From an uncultured Gammaproteobacteria bacterium (GTDB lineage Bacteria > Patescibacteriota > Patescibacteriia > Magasanikbacterales > UBA922), in NCBI GenBank assembly GCA_964438795.1, contig CAYTKU010000001.1:1-27026 (forward strand): a DNA stretch of 27,026 bases, in the 5' to 3' direction. The notes below the pieces were generated by a model. The model had not been told where the DNA came from. It worked only from the letters and a program-made list of their open reading frames with translations, and did no database searches. The translations under genes were made by a program, and so were the position numbers. Positions within the stretch are counted from its first letter, which is position 1. Each line of letters begins with the position of its first letter. Of the stretch, positions 8,043 to 16,114 are shown in pieces.

Positions 8043-8071
8043 AGATTACCGCAAAGCCAAAACTCTGTCAA
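8043..8071 (-). promoter_or_regulatory. sigma70-type promoter of the T-box/thrS transcript
   Basis: Minus strand TTGACA (8071-8066), 17 nt, TAATCT (8048-8043); predicted start near A8036, immediately before the first Stem I base. Confidence 0.75.
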
Positions 8072-8074
8072 ATT

Positions 8075-9295
8075 TTATTGAATAAACTTTATAGATTTAA
8101 TAGTATCATCATCTCCACCAGCTGAACAAATAGTTGAAAACCCATAGTTATATTTTTCTCCGAGAACAATAGTTTGACCACCTCCACAGAGAGCCTGCCA
8201 CTTGTAAGTAATCACTTCTTTCCCACCAATAACTGACTCGGTGATTTCTAGTCCAGCATGTAATTTCTCTGGTGAAGGGACATCCAAGGCTTCTAAACGT
8301 GAAAGAATTTGCTCTTTACTTTCCTTTGGCAAAATTTCCATCCATTCGTTCGCATCTACCCACGAAGCACACCCTTCTCCTGTCACAAGAATATCTCCAT
8401 AGAGAATCTTCTTATCTTTTTGATCATACGGATTAAGAATGTAGGTATCCCCTCCCCATAGAGGATTATACGGCAATTGGAGTTCTATACCATACTCTTG
8501 ACTGCGATAGGTTACTCTTTTTTCTGATAATTCATTATAGTTAGTGCGACCATCGAAAAATGAATACTGACACGCATCCGGCAGTAATTCTTTTGTAACA
8601 TCACTGTTGCCTCGAGTGATAGACAGTCGTTGCGGTGAAAGTTCCCACGGCATATCAACACTCTTTGATTGGTATCTACCACAAGGGAGTGAAGGAAATT
8701 GACACTCTCCCATTATTTCTAAAAGTCCATTCTCCAGCCAATTTATAGAACGTGAACCTGGGAGAAAATGTCGTTTATTGGTCTGAAGGTCATAAATAAC
8801 AGCACAAGATTCTTCCCAACAATCAGCCTGCAACAGTACAAATCGACCCTTTGGGGATAATTGCGCTTTGGTAAAAAAAACTTGATTCAAATCAATAGTG
8901 GCTAAACCATTTTCAATGGATTTGGAAATAGCCAGCTCAACTGCCTGATTTTTTGAAGAAAGATAATAAAAATCACCATAGGAAATACCACGAGAGTTTT
9001 TTCCCCGCTCCAAAAACATTATATTATTATCTATCTGAAGAAAATTAGGAGTTTTCCCTATATCAAGAAGTGTTTCAACAGACACAGGAACATTTTCTAC
9101 CGGGTTACTCGTCAATTTGTTTGGTGTTGAGGTGGTATCGACTGGATTTTTTATATTTTGAAGATCTTCTGTTTGATTCGTAGGAACAAAAACTGTCACT
9201 ATGTTTTGTTTTTCCGGATAAAGAAAATAACCACTAATTCCAGCAACAATAGCTACAACCAATACTAAAAATATATATTTATATTTCTCGAACAT
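8075..9295 (-). CDS. membrane-anchored extracytoplasmic protein (406 aa); possible partial beta-propeller plus PsbP-like C-terminal domain
   Basis: N-terminal TM (IFLVLVVAIVAGISGYFLY), T/N/P-rich linker, LSPKGRFVLL blade-like motif, closely spaced Cys pairs, C-terminal TYRSQEYGIELQLP..IGGKEVITY..IKSIKFI pattern. The ORF is secure; domain calls are by eye. Confidence 0.75.
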   Translation of the reverse strand: MFEKYKYIFLVLVVAIVAGISGYFLYPEKQNIVTVFVPTNQTEDLQNIKNPVDTTSTPNKLTSNPVENVPVSVETLLDIGKTPNFLQIDNNIMFLERGKNSRGISYGDFYYLSSKNQAVELAISKSIENGLATIDLNQVFFTKAQLSPKGRFVLLQADCWEESCAVIYDLQTNKRHFLPGSRSINWLENGLLEIMGECQFPSLPCGRYQSKSVDMPWELSPQRLSITRGNSDVTKELLPDACQYSFFDGRTNYNELSEKRVTYRSQEYGIELQLPYNPLWGGDTYILNPYDQKDKKILYGDILVTGEGCASWVDANEWMEILPKESKEQILSRLEALDVPSPEKLHAGLEITESVIGGKEVITYKWQALCGGGQTIVLGEKYNYGFSTICSAGGDDDTIKSIKFIQ

Positions 9296-9326
9296 AGGAT
9301 TGGAAAAGCCGATTTATTCTTAGAAG

Positions 9327-9365
9327 AATTGATAAATTTGGTTGGAGATCAAAGCCTCACGAGAA
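9327..9365 (+). repeat. truncated tandem copy of the left end of the 9411-9533 element
   Basis: AATTGATAAATTTGGTTGGAGATCAAAGCCTCACGAG aligns with AATCGATACATTTGGATGGAGATCGAGGCCGCAACGAG at 9413 at roughly 80% identity. Confidence 0.7.
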
Positions 9366-9410
9366 GACAGAAATAGAATTTTATAAAACTGATGATATGG
9401 TGCGCCATTG

Positions 9411-9533
9411 AAAATCGATACATTTGGATGGAGATCGAGGCCGCAACGAGCATATGAGCGAGGCGTAGCCGGAGGCTACGGTGAACGAAATAGCGCAGTG
9501 AGAACGAAGATATACACCAAATTTATCGATTTT
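9411..9533. repeat. 123 bp palindromic intergenic element (copy A) abutting the stop codon of the 380 aa gene
   Basis: 17 bp terminal IR AAAATCGATACATTTGG / CCAAATTTATCGATTTT (1 mismatch); inner hairpin CGTAGCC-gga-GGCTACG (9464-9480). Confidence 0.75.
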
Positions 9534-10674
9534 ATTCTACTTCTTTTACAGTAACCTGAACATGGTCGGTAATATGAGGCACACTCTGCATCCAAGCTGG
9601 ATGAAACTGTACATCCACACTATGAACATGATCAAGAGTCAAGAGATACCTTCGAACCTCTTCTTTGTTTTTTCCAAAGAACATCGTACGATCAATTTGT
9701 TTACTCTGAGGATTGAGGGTGGCGACTCCATCATAAAAGAGATGAACCGTTGCTACCATTTTTTCTTTGTTGTATTCAGCAAAAGTAACCGTTGGATCTT
9801 TTTCATTTGTTTCAATGATTTCACTATTATCGATCGCGCGCTTGGCAAGCAAACTTTTTGCCAGAGTCGTCATTTCAGTATTGTCATAAAAAATTCCTAC
9901 CACTGTTCCAGAACCAATCAGATCAAAACTCGAAACCGTAGCTCCTACCTGTGCAGTCGAAGTAACATCATAGCTCTCTAAAGTAAATACTGCTTTTTTA
10001 TCCCCCAAACGTGCTCCCAAAACACTTTCACCTTGTTTTTGCAAAGCATCAGCAAATGAGCGTTTGGCTGATTCAAAATCATCTGAACCAAGAGATCCAA
10101 CCGTTTTCATACCACCAGACATAGGAGCCTCACTCATAGCATAGACTTGTTTTTGTCTTGCTTCATTGAGTCCTGGTATAGTAAATTTTGCTGGACCAAT
10201 ATTTCCTTCTTTTCCTGGTTTGTCTGCATAGACTTCAGCGACGATTTTGCCATTGGCAGGGACAGTCACTGCATTTTTGAGACGAAAGAGCACACCACCG
10301 TCAGAGAGCAAACGAGTCGTTGCCACCAATCCTTGAGCACTTGGAGAATCATTTTGAAGTGTTACATTGCCACCAGCAAGAGCAGGTTCTTCACGATTGC
10401 CCGTAACCTGAAATGATTTGGTCACACTCACAACCGTTGATGTTACCACTCCTTCAATATCACTTCCACCAGAAACAGATCCAATCTTTACATCAGTACT
10501 CACATCGACAGGTGTAGGTTTGGCCACAATAACAATTTCAGCTCTCTTTGAAGACATAAAAACAATGATACCGAGCAGTATCAACGTAATCACCAAAAAA
10601 GAAATGGCAATAATTTTGTAAAAACGAACTGGTTGCTGACTTGAAAGCGAGGTTTGATGGTGACGTGAAACCAT
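9532..10674 (-). CDS. single-pass membrane protein with baseplate J/gp47-like domain
   Basis: One N-terminal TM, then AGGNVTLQN..QGLVATTRLL..GVLFRLKNAVTVPA..VYADKPGKEGNIGPAKFTIPGL..VYA..MSGG, the pattern of CPR proteins annotated baseplate J/gp47 family (recognised by eye). Confidence 0.65.
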   Translation of the reverse strand: MVSRHHQTSLSSQQPVRFYKIIAISFLVITLILLGIIVFMSSKRAEIVIVAKPTPVDVSTDVKIGSVSGGSDIEGVVTSTVVSVTKSFQVTGNREEPALAGGNVTLQNDSPSAQGLVATTRLLSDGGVLFRLKNAVTVPANGKIVAEVYADKPGKEGNIGPAKFTIPGLNEARQKQVYAMSEAPMSGGMKTVGSLGSDDFESAKRSFADALQKQGESVLGARLGDKKAVFTLESYDVTSTAQVGATVSSFDLIGSGTVVGIFYDNTEMTTLAKSLLAKRAIDNSEIIETNEKDPTVTFAEYNKEKMVATVHLFYDGVATLNPQSKQIDRTMFFGKNKEEVRRYLLTLDHVHSVDVQFHPAWMQSVPHITDHVQVTVKEVE

Positions 10675-10697
10675 AATGACAGGGCTTAAAGTTATGT

Positions 10698-10715
10698 ATT
10701 ATAAGTAGTATAGCA
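10698..10715 (-). promoter_or_regulatory. tandem -10 elements upstream of the baseplate-J-like gene
   Basis: Minus strand extended -10 TGcTATACT (10715-10707) and a second TATAAT (10703-10698); no clear -35. Confidence 0.5.
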
Positions 10716-10770
10716 CAAAATTGAATATTTAGGTATATATTTGAAACATCGAAACGTAGTAATTTGAAAT

Positions 10771-10860
10771 AGATCAAGGCCGCAGCGAGCATCGCAGTAA
10801 GACGTAGTCAAATCTACGTCGAACGAGGAACGGACAGAACAACGTAGCAATGTGCCAAAA
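10771..10860. repeat. diverged copy (B) of the palindromic intergenic element, just downstream of the PilB/GspE stop
   Basis: AGATCAAGGCCGCAGCGAGCAT (10771-10792) is 20/22 identical to 9432-9453; hairpin GACGTAG-tcaaat-CTACGTC (10801-10820) matches copy A's CGTAG/CTACG stem, followed by GAACGA in both; terminal IRs decayed. Confidence 0.65.
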
Positions 10861-10869
10861 TAAAAGGTT

Positions 10870-12591
10870 TTATTCGATGACACGAAACACTTCGTCTATA
10901 CTCGTAATCCCATCAAGCGCTTTCAAAATTCCATCCTGTACCATAGTAATCATACCATTTTCAATAGCAATACGTTCAATTTCATATTCAGAGACCTGAC
11001 CAGAGAGGACAATCTCTTCAATTTGCTTATTCATTACAAAAATTTCATAAATACCAAGACGTCCTTTGTACCCAATCTGGTTACAAGCACTACATCCAAC
11101 TCCTGTATAAAATTTCTTTGGCTTCAGCTCTGCTTCTTTTTGAACCGTTTCTGACATCGAAGCAAATACTTTTGCAACACGATCCATCTCATCCTGTGAA
11201 AGATTTGCTTCTTTTTTACATTCATTACAGAGTTTACGAAGTAAGCGCTGTCCAATTACACAATTGAGTGCTGGAGCAAGCAAAAATGGCTTTACACCCA
11301 TAGAGAGAAAGCGTGGAATAGCACCCGCAGCTCCATTTGTATGGATAGTAGAGAGAATCAAATGCCCAGTCAGAGCTGCCTGAATAGCAATATCGGCTGT
11401 TTCAAGATCACGGATTTCTCCAACCATGGCAATATCTGGATCTTGACGAAGCATAGAGCGAAGTCCTTTGGCAAATGTATAGCCGCGAGACATGTCGATT
11501 TGACTCTGATTAATACCTTCCATTTTATATTCTACTGGATCTTCGAGCGTCAAAATTTTAACTCCAGGTTGATTGAGAATATTCATCATGGCGTACAGCG
11601 TAGTGGTTTTACCACTTCCAGTTGGACCCGTCGTAATCACCATTCCATTTGGTCTTTCGATCTGACGTTTTACTTCTTCGAGTGCAGAACCACGAATACC
11701 CAAATCATCAAGAGACAATCCTTCACGATTTTGAACGAGCAGACGCATAACCACACTCTCGCCATAGACGGTTGGGAGTGTCGAGACACGTACATCGACG
11801 TCCCCACTTTTGAGCTTGATCGTATAGCGACCATCTTGCGGTTTATCATTGACATTGATTTTCAAAGAAGAAATCAATTTGATACGTGAAATTAAATTTT
11901 TGTAGGTTTCACGAACAAGAGTAGCAGCATCATGCAGTATTCCATCAAGGCGAAAACGCACCACAATCCCCTTTTCCTCGGCTTCAATATGGACATCTGA
12001 TGCACCAAGTTTGAGTCCAGCACCCAAAATTGAGGTCACAATCTCCGTGGCATTTTTACCCTGAATATTTTCTTGGAATGACGCAAAATCATTGACAGAA
12101 GCCTGTACTTGCTCCAGATCCTCTTCACGAATTTCCACATCTTTGGTCAGAGCCTTTACGGTCGGCAAAGTCAGATATAAACGCATAACACGATCAAAAC
12201 TTGACGGTGAAATAGTATAGAGAGCACCATTGGAATTATTTTTTTCAGCAACCGTTTTCATTAGCTGTTGCACTTCTTCCTGCGAAGGATCTATCGCACC
12301 AATACGAATTTCATCTTGATCGCAAAAAAAACAAACCGCACCGAGCCTTTCGGCTTCTTCTTGCGGAACCTGACGCAAAGCCTGCTGACTCACAGGAAAT
12401 TTTTCAAGTGAAATATAGGGAAAACCAGCCATACCCGCAAATCTCTGCGTTTCGACTTCTTTTTCCTTGTGTGCGACTTGTCCCATTTTGGCTTGAAATT
12501 TTTCTTCGACTTCAGAGGAAGAAATTTTCAAAACAGGTCTTGGGGGTATAGCCACATCATCAGTATTTTGCAAAGCAGAATTATCAGACAT
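10870..12591 (-). CDS. GspE/PilB family type II secretion / type IV pilus assembly ATPase
   Basis: T2SSE N-terminal domain, ASDVHIE, Walker A GPTGSGKTTT, Asp box LEDPVE, Walker B RQDPDIAMVGEIRD, His box GHLILSTIHTN, tetracysteine CNEC..CSAC. ATG 12591 preferred over GTG 12600. Confidence 0.93.
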   Translation of the reverse strand: MSDNSALQNTDDVAIPPRPVLKISSSEVEEKFQAKMGQVAHKEKEVETQRFAGMAGFPYISLEKFPVSQQALRQVPQEEAERLGAVCFFCDQDEIRIGAIDPSQEEVQQLMKTVAEKNNSNGALYTISPSSFDRVMRLYLTLPTVKALTKDVEIREEDLEQVQASVNDFASFQENIQGKNATEIVTSILGAGLKLGASDVHIEAEEKGIVVRFRLDGILHDAATLVRETYKNLISRIKLISSLKINVNDKPQDGRYTIKLKSGDVDVRVSTLPTVYGESVVMRLLVQNREGLSLDDLGIRGSALEEVKRQIERPNGMVITTGPTGSGKTTTLYAMMNILNQPGVKILTLEDPVEYKMEGINQSQIDMSRGYTFAKGLRSMLRQDPDIAMVGEIRDLETADIAIQAALTGHLILSTIHTNGAAGAIPRFLSMGVKPFLLAPALNCVIGQRLLRKLCNECKKEANLSQDEMDRVAKVFASMSETVQKEAELKPKKFYTGVGCSACNQIGYKGRLGIYEIFVMNKQIEEIVLSGQVSEYEIERIAIENGMITMVQDGILKALDGITSIDEVFRVIE

Positions 12592-12599
12592 ACCAATCA

Positions 12600-13607
12600 C
12601 TATTTTTTATTTCTAAAAGGAATAAACCACGAAAGATGATGAACAATACGACTTTCGATACCATGACTGTGCATTTTGCTAAAAAGATACGTCCACACTG
12701 AGGTCGTAATCAGCGTAAAAAAAGATCCGAGAACAACCAGATAGGCAACAAAACAAAAAATACCACTTATTCCCATAAAAAACCAAAGGTAGCCATTTGT
12801 AATGGTCTCAGAAAAGAGCACACCGAGAAGAAGAGGAGAGAGAAAGACTCCTCCACCAACCACTGCAAGTACTGCGACCAGGATATTGGCCATCAAAATC
12901 ACAAAACCCACTTCAAACGACACAAGAAGATGATTTTTAAACAAAATCCACGCATTTTTGAGCGCCTCCCAAAGTTTGTATTCTTCTATCACAATATAGC
13001 CCACAGTATAGATAGAAAGACACGAGAGGATAAATCCCAAAACAACAGAAACGCACAAAATAATAACAAGAGAAAGAGTACTCACAGAGGACGTTTGCAA
13101 AAGCGCATGCATAGTCGCTCGACTAATAAGTATAGTAAGCAGTATAATCACGCTTTTGCGAAAAAAATGGACCGCAAAGAGTCTCCAAAAATGATTGATT
13201 CCAGATTGCCAGGCTCTCCCAACATCCACAACCGTCTTGGCTCTGAGCTTGTGCCCCGTGATATAGACAAGAGCAGCCTGAGAAACAAGGGCCAAAAACA
13301 AAAATAAAGCAAAAATACCAAACAAAATCACCCACATCCAAATACCCAACACCCAGGTATCCAGTGGGAGGGTAAGAGAAGTAAAAAAAGAAACAGATGA
13401 AGACAAAATAGAAGGAAGATTGCCCCATGATTCATGAGCAGTCCCCTGTTCAAGTGCACTAAAAAATCTCGTCACAAATTCGAGTAGGCCCATTTGACCC
13501 AAAAAAGTCGCAAAAAGTCCAAGGGGCCAGAGAATTTTGTGTTCAACCAAAACACGCCATGCATGATGAAATGCTTGTTTATAGGTAGGTTCTTTGTGCA
13601 AAAGCAT
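12600..13607 (-). CDS. polytopic membrane protein of unknown function (335 aa)
   Basis: About 7-8 hydrophobic segments; its TAG stop (12602-12600) lies 8 nt before the ATPase ATG. Confidence 0.8.
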   Translation of the reverse strand: MLLHKEPTYKQAFHHAWRVLVEHKILWPLGLFATFLGQMGLLEFVTRFFSALEQGTAHESWGNLPSILSSSVSFFTSLTLPLDTWVLGIWMWVILFGIFALFLFLALVSQAALVYITGHKLRAKTVVDVGRAWQSGINHFWRLFAVHFFRKSVIILLTILISRATMHALLQTSSVSTLSLVIILCVSVVLGFILSCLSIYTVGYIVIEEYKLWEALKNAWILFKNHLLVSFEVGFVILMANILVAVLAVVGGGVFLSPLLLGVLFSETITNGYLWFFMGISGIFCFVAYLVVLGSFFTLITTSVWTYLFSKMHSHGIESRIVHHLSWFIPFRNKK

Positions 13608-13637
13608 AGAAAATAAAAAAACTTTTCTTTGGAATTT

Positions 13638-13646
13638 AGTATATCA
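13638..13646 (-). promoter_or_regulatory. extended -10 promoter for the membrane protein/ATPase unit
   Basis: Minus strand TGaTATACT, 30 nt before ATG 13607. Confidence 0.55.
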
Positions 13647-13671
13647 CACTTTGGCTGAATCAAAAAAGACT

Positions 13672-13700
13672 TTGTGAATAAATAGAGTTTCGGATATAAT
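13672..13700 (+). promoter_or_regulatory. promoter of the ABC operon
   Basis: TTGTGA (13672-13677), 17 nt, TATAAT (13695-13700), 16 nt before the ATG. Confidence 0.6.
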
Positions 13701-13716
13701 AGAGAAAAAAATAAAT

Positions 13717-14511
13717 ATGTTTTCCAAATATTTTGCTATTTATAAACTCAGTTTTGCCACGCAAATCAATTACCGATTGAATTTTTTTCTTGGCCGTATA
13801 CGTAATATTGTCATTCTTTTGGTCCTGTATACACTCTATTCAACACTGACAAAGACAGGATCATTTGCTGGGTATACACGAGAAGAATTTTTAACGTACA
13901 TTTTTCTTCTTCATATTTTACGAAATTTTATATTTGGGTCCCAGAGTCGTCTCGCGGCCACTGAAATTAATGATGGAACATTTTCAAGTTATTTTAGTAA
14001 ACCACTTGGGCACCCCCTCTACATATATATGAGAGAACTCGCTGAACGGATAACTCTTGTTTTTACCTCTGTTTTTGAACTTTTTGTTTTTTGGCTTATT
14101 GTAGAACCAAATCTTATTTTTCAAACAAATTTTTCTCTTCTTTTGTACTTTGGTATTTCAGTCATCTTGGCCCACTTTCTTTATTTTATTTTTAGCTACA
14201 TGGTCAGTATGATCGCTTTTTGGTCGCGTGAAGCTATGGGACCACGATTTTTGTTTGAATGGTTGCTCGAGATGATGAGTGGTGCGTATTTTCCAATTTC
14301 AATTCTTCCGATCGCTGTACGATCAATCATTGAAATTTTTCCTTTTATGTATATGATGTTTATTCCGATTCAGATTTATCTCCAAAAAATACCCCTCTCC
14401 GAAGTACCCTCGACTCTTTTTGTTCAGACAATATGGGTTTTTGTGCTCTTTTTCGGAGCTTATGCACTCTGGAAGCTCGGACTCAAAAAATACACTTCCG
14501 AAGGAATCTAA
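13717..14511 (+). CDS. ABC-2 family (DUF990 / ABC2_membrane_6) permease, type A copy 1
   Basis: About 6 TM; INDGTFSSYFSKP, MSGAYFPISILP, FIPIQIYLQKI, ends GLKKYTSEGI. Confidence 0.85.
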   Translation: MFSKYFAIYKLSFATQINYRLNFFLGRIRNIVILLVLYTLYSTLTKTGSFAGYTREEFLTYIFLLHILRNFIFGSQSRLAATEINDGTFSSYFSKPLGHPLYIYMRELAERITLVFTSVFELFVFWLIVEPNLIFQTNFSLLLYFGISVILAHFLYFIFSYMVSMIAFWSREAMGPRFLFEWLLEMMSGAYFPISILPIAVRSIIEIFPFMYMMFIPIQIYLQKIPLSEVPSTLFVQTIWVFVLFFGAYALWKLGLKKYTSEGI

Positions 14512-14513
14512 AT

Positions 14514-15296
14514 ATGAAAAAATATTTTTTTGTCTGGATACAACTGACCAAAAATGCCTTTAGCACGATACTTGCGAGCCGAATTGACTCTTTTTCGTAT
14601 TTATCTGGAAAAATTTTACGATTCTTTTTCTTTCTGTTTTTGATACAAGGTATTTTTCAATATACAGATACTCTCGTCGGATATACCAAATCTCAGGTTA
14701 TTTTATTTTTTTTGACCTACAATCTGATTGATGTACTCGCTCAAGCATTTTTTCGAGGGATATACACACTCAAACATGATGTTCGAAAAGGAAATTTTGA
14801 TTTTTTTTTGATGCGTCCGATCAGTCCCCTCTTTTATTCGTTGACCAAGCTCACAGATCTTCTTGATTTTATCTTTCTTATTCCTATTGTGTATCTCACA
14901 AGCCAAGCCATACACAACCTTGGTCTTTTGATGCCGATATCTCTTGGCATGTATATTTTCTTTTTGTTTTTAGGACTCATTATTGTTCTCTCTATTCACA
15001 TACTTACGGCAGCGCTCACGATTCGAACCGTAGAGAGTGATCATATTATTTGGCTCTACCGTGAATGCATGACACTTGGACGATTTCCACCAGAAATATT
15101 TTCTTCCAAAGTACAATTTGTTTTTACTTTTCTTATTCCAGTGATTATTGCATCAGGATTCCCCGTCAAAGCACTCTTTGGTCAGGCAGATCTTCAGATG
15201 ATCCTCATGAGTATTTTGGTTACTCTTTTGTTTTTTGTCATGTCAATTGTTTTTTGGAAAAATAATATCAAATATTATTCGAGTGCCAGTAGCTAA
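14514..15296 (+). CDS. ABC-2 family (DUF990) permease, type B copy 1
   Basis: VRKGNFDFFLMRPISPLF, GRFPPEIF, ends KYYSSASS. Start at ATG 14514 (MKKYFF), 2 nt after the previous stop. Confidence 0.85.
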   Translation: MKKYFFVWIQLTKNAFSTILASRIDSFSYLSGKILRFFFFLFLIQGIFQYTDTLVGYTKSQVILFFLTYNLIDVLAQAFFRGIYTLKHDVRKGNFDFFLMRPISPLFYSLTKLTDLLDFIFLIPIVYLTSQAIHNLGLLMPISLGMYIFFLFLGLIIVLSIHILTAALTIRTVESDHIIWLYRECMTLGRFPPEIFSSKVQFVFTFLIPVIIASGFPVKALFGQADLQMILMSILVTLLFFVMSIVFWKNNIKYYSSASS

Positions 15297-15304
15297 AAGA
15301 CTCT

Positions 15305-16099
15305 ATGAATAAATATTTTACATGCTTCAAAGCACAAATCACCAAACATTTAACCTATCGAGGACGAATGCTTATTTGGATTTTTGTAGATATGGGGCAA
15401 TTTCTTATCCTACCATTTTTGTGGCTCGCTATCTATGCAGGAAGAACTGATATCCGAGGATTTACTCCTGCTGATATTATCACTTACTATATTCTGATGG
15501 CCTTTATCTCATTGGCATCAGCATCACACGCAGGAGAATATATAGAAAGAGATATACGCTATGGAGACCTGACCAAAGCCCTGTTGCGTCCAATAAATTA
15601 TGCAGTCAAAATGTGCAGCGAAGGATATGCCTATAATTTTTTGGTTTCACTTTTGGCATTACCATTTTTTTTGATTTTTTCAGTTTTATTTCCCGAATAT
15701 ATTATTCTTCCAAAATCTTTTTTGACCGTAATTCTTTTTGTTTTTTCTTTGGGCCTTGCCTATATACTATCGTGTTTATTGCATGTAATTATTGGATTGA
15801 GTGCTTTTTGGCTCGAGCAAAGTGGTGCTGCCATGCAAATGCGATCACTCCTTGAAAAAGTATTTGGCGGAGAACTCGCCCCCCTCACACTCTACCCTCT
15901 GGTATTACAAACCATTGCTATTTATCTCCCTTTTCAATACCTTGCATTTATTCCTGCCCAAATTTATCTTCAAAAAATTCAACTTCATGAAATATTTTAT
16001 CACTTTTTGATTGCATTTGGCTGGATTATTTTTTTGTCCCTTCTGTGTATTTTTCTCTGGAAACGAGGACTCCGGCGATATGAAGCACCAGGAGCCTAA
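15305..16099 (+). CDS. ABC-2 family (DUF990) permease, type A copy 2
   Basis: IRYGDLTKALLRP, FGGELAPLTLYP, FIPAQIYLQKI, ends GLRRYEAPGA. Confidence 0.85.
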   Translation: MNKYFTCFKAQITKHLTYRGRMLIWIFVDMGQFLILPFLWLAIYAGRTDIRGFTPADIITYYILMAFISLASASHAGEYIERDIRYGDLTKALLRPINYAVKMCSEGYAYNFLVSLLALPFFLIFSVLFPEYIILPKSFLTVILFVFSLGLAYILSCLLHVIIGLSAFWLEQSGAAMQMRSLLEKVFGGELAPLTLYPLVLQTIAIYLPFQYLAFIPAQIYLQKIQLHEIFYHFLIAFGWIIFLSLLCIFLWKRGLRRYEAPGA

Positions 16100-16114
16100 A
16101 ATTTCTTCTTGAAT

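Noticed and set aside
7700-10870. CRISPR array or autonomous transposon among the intergenic repeats
   Set aside because: Repeats are isolated, diverged and palindromic, without regular spacers; no cas or transposase gene is present.
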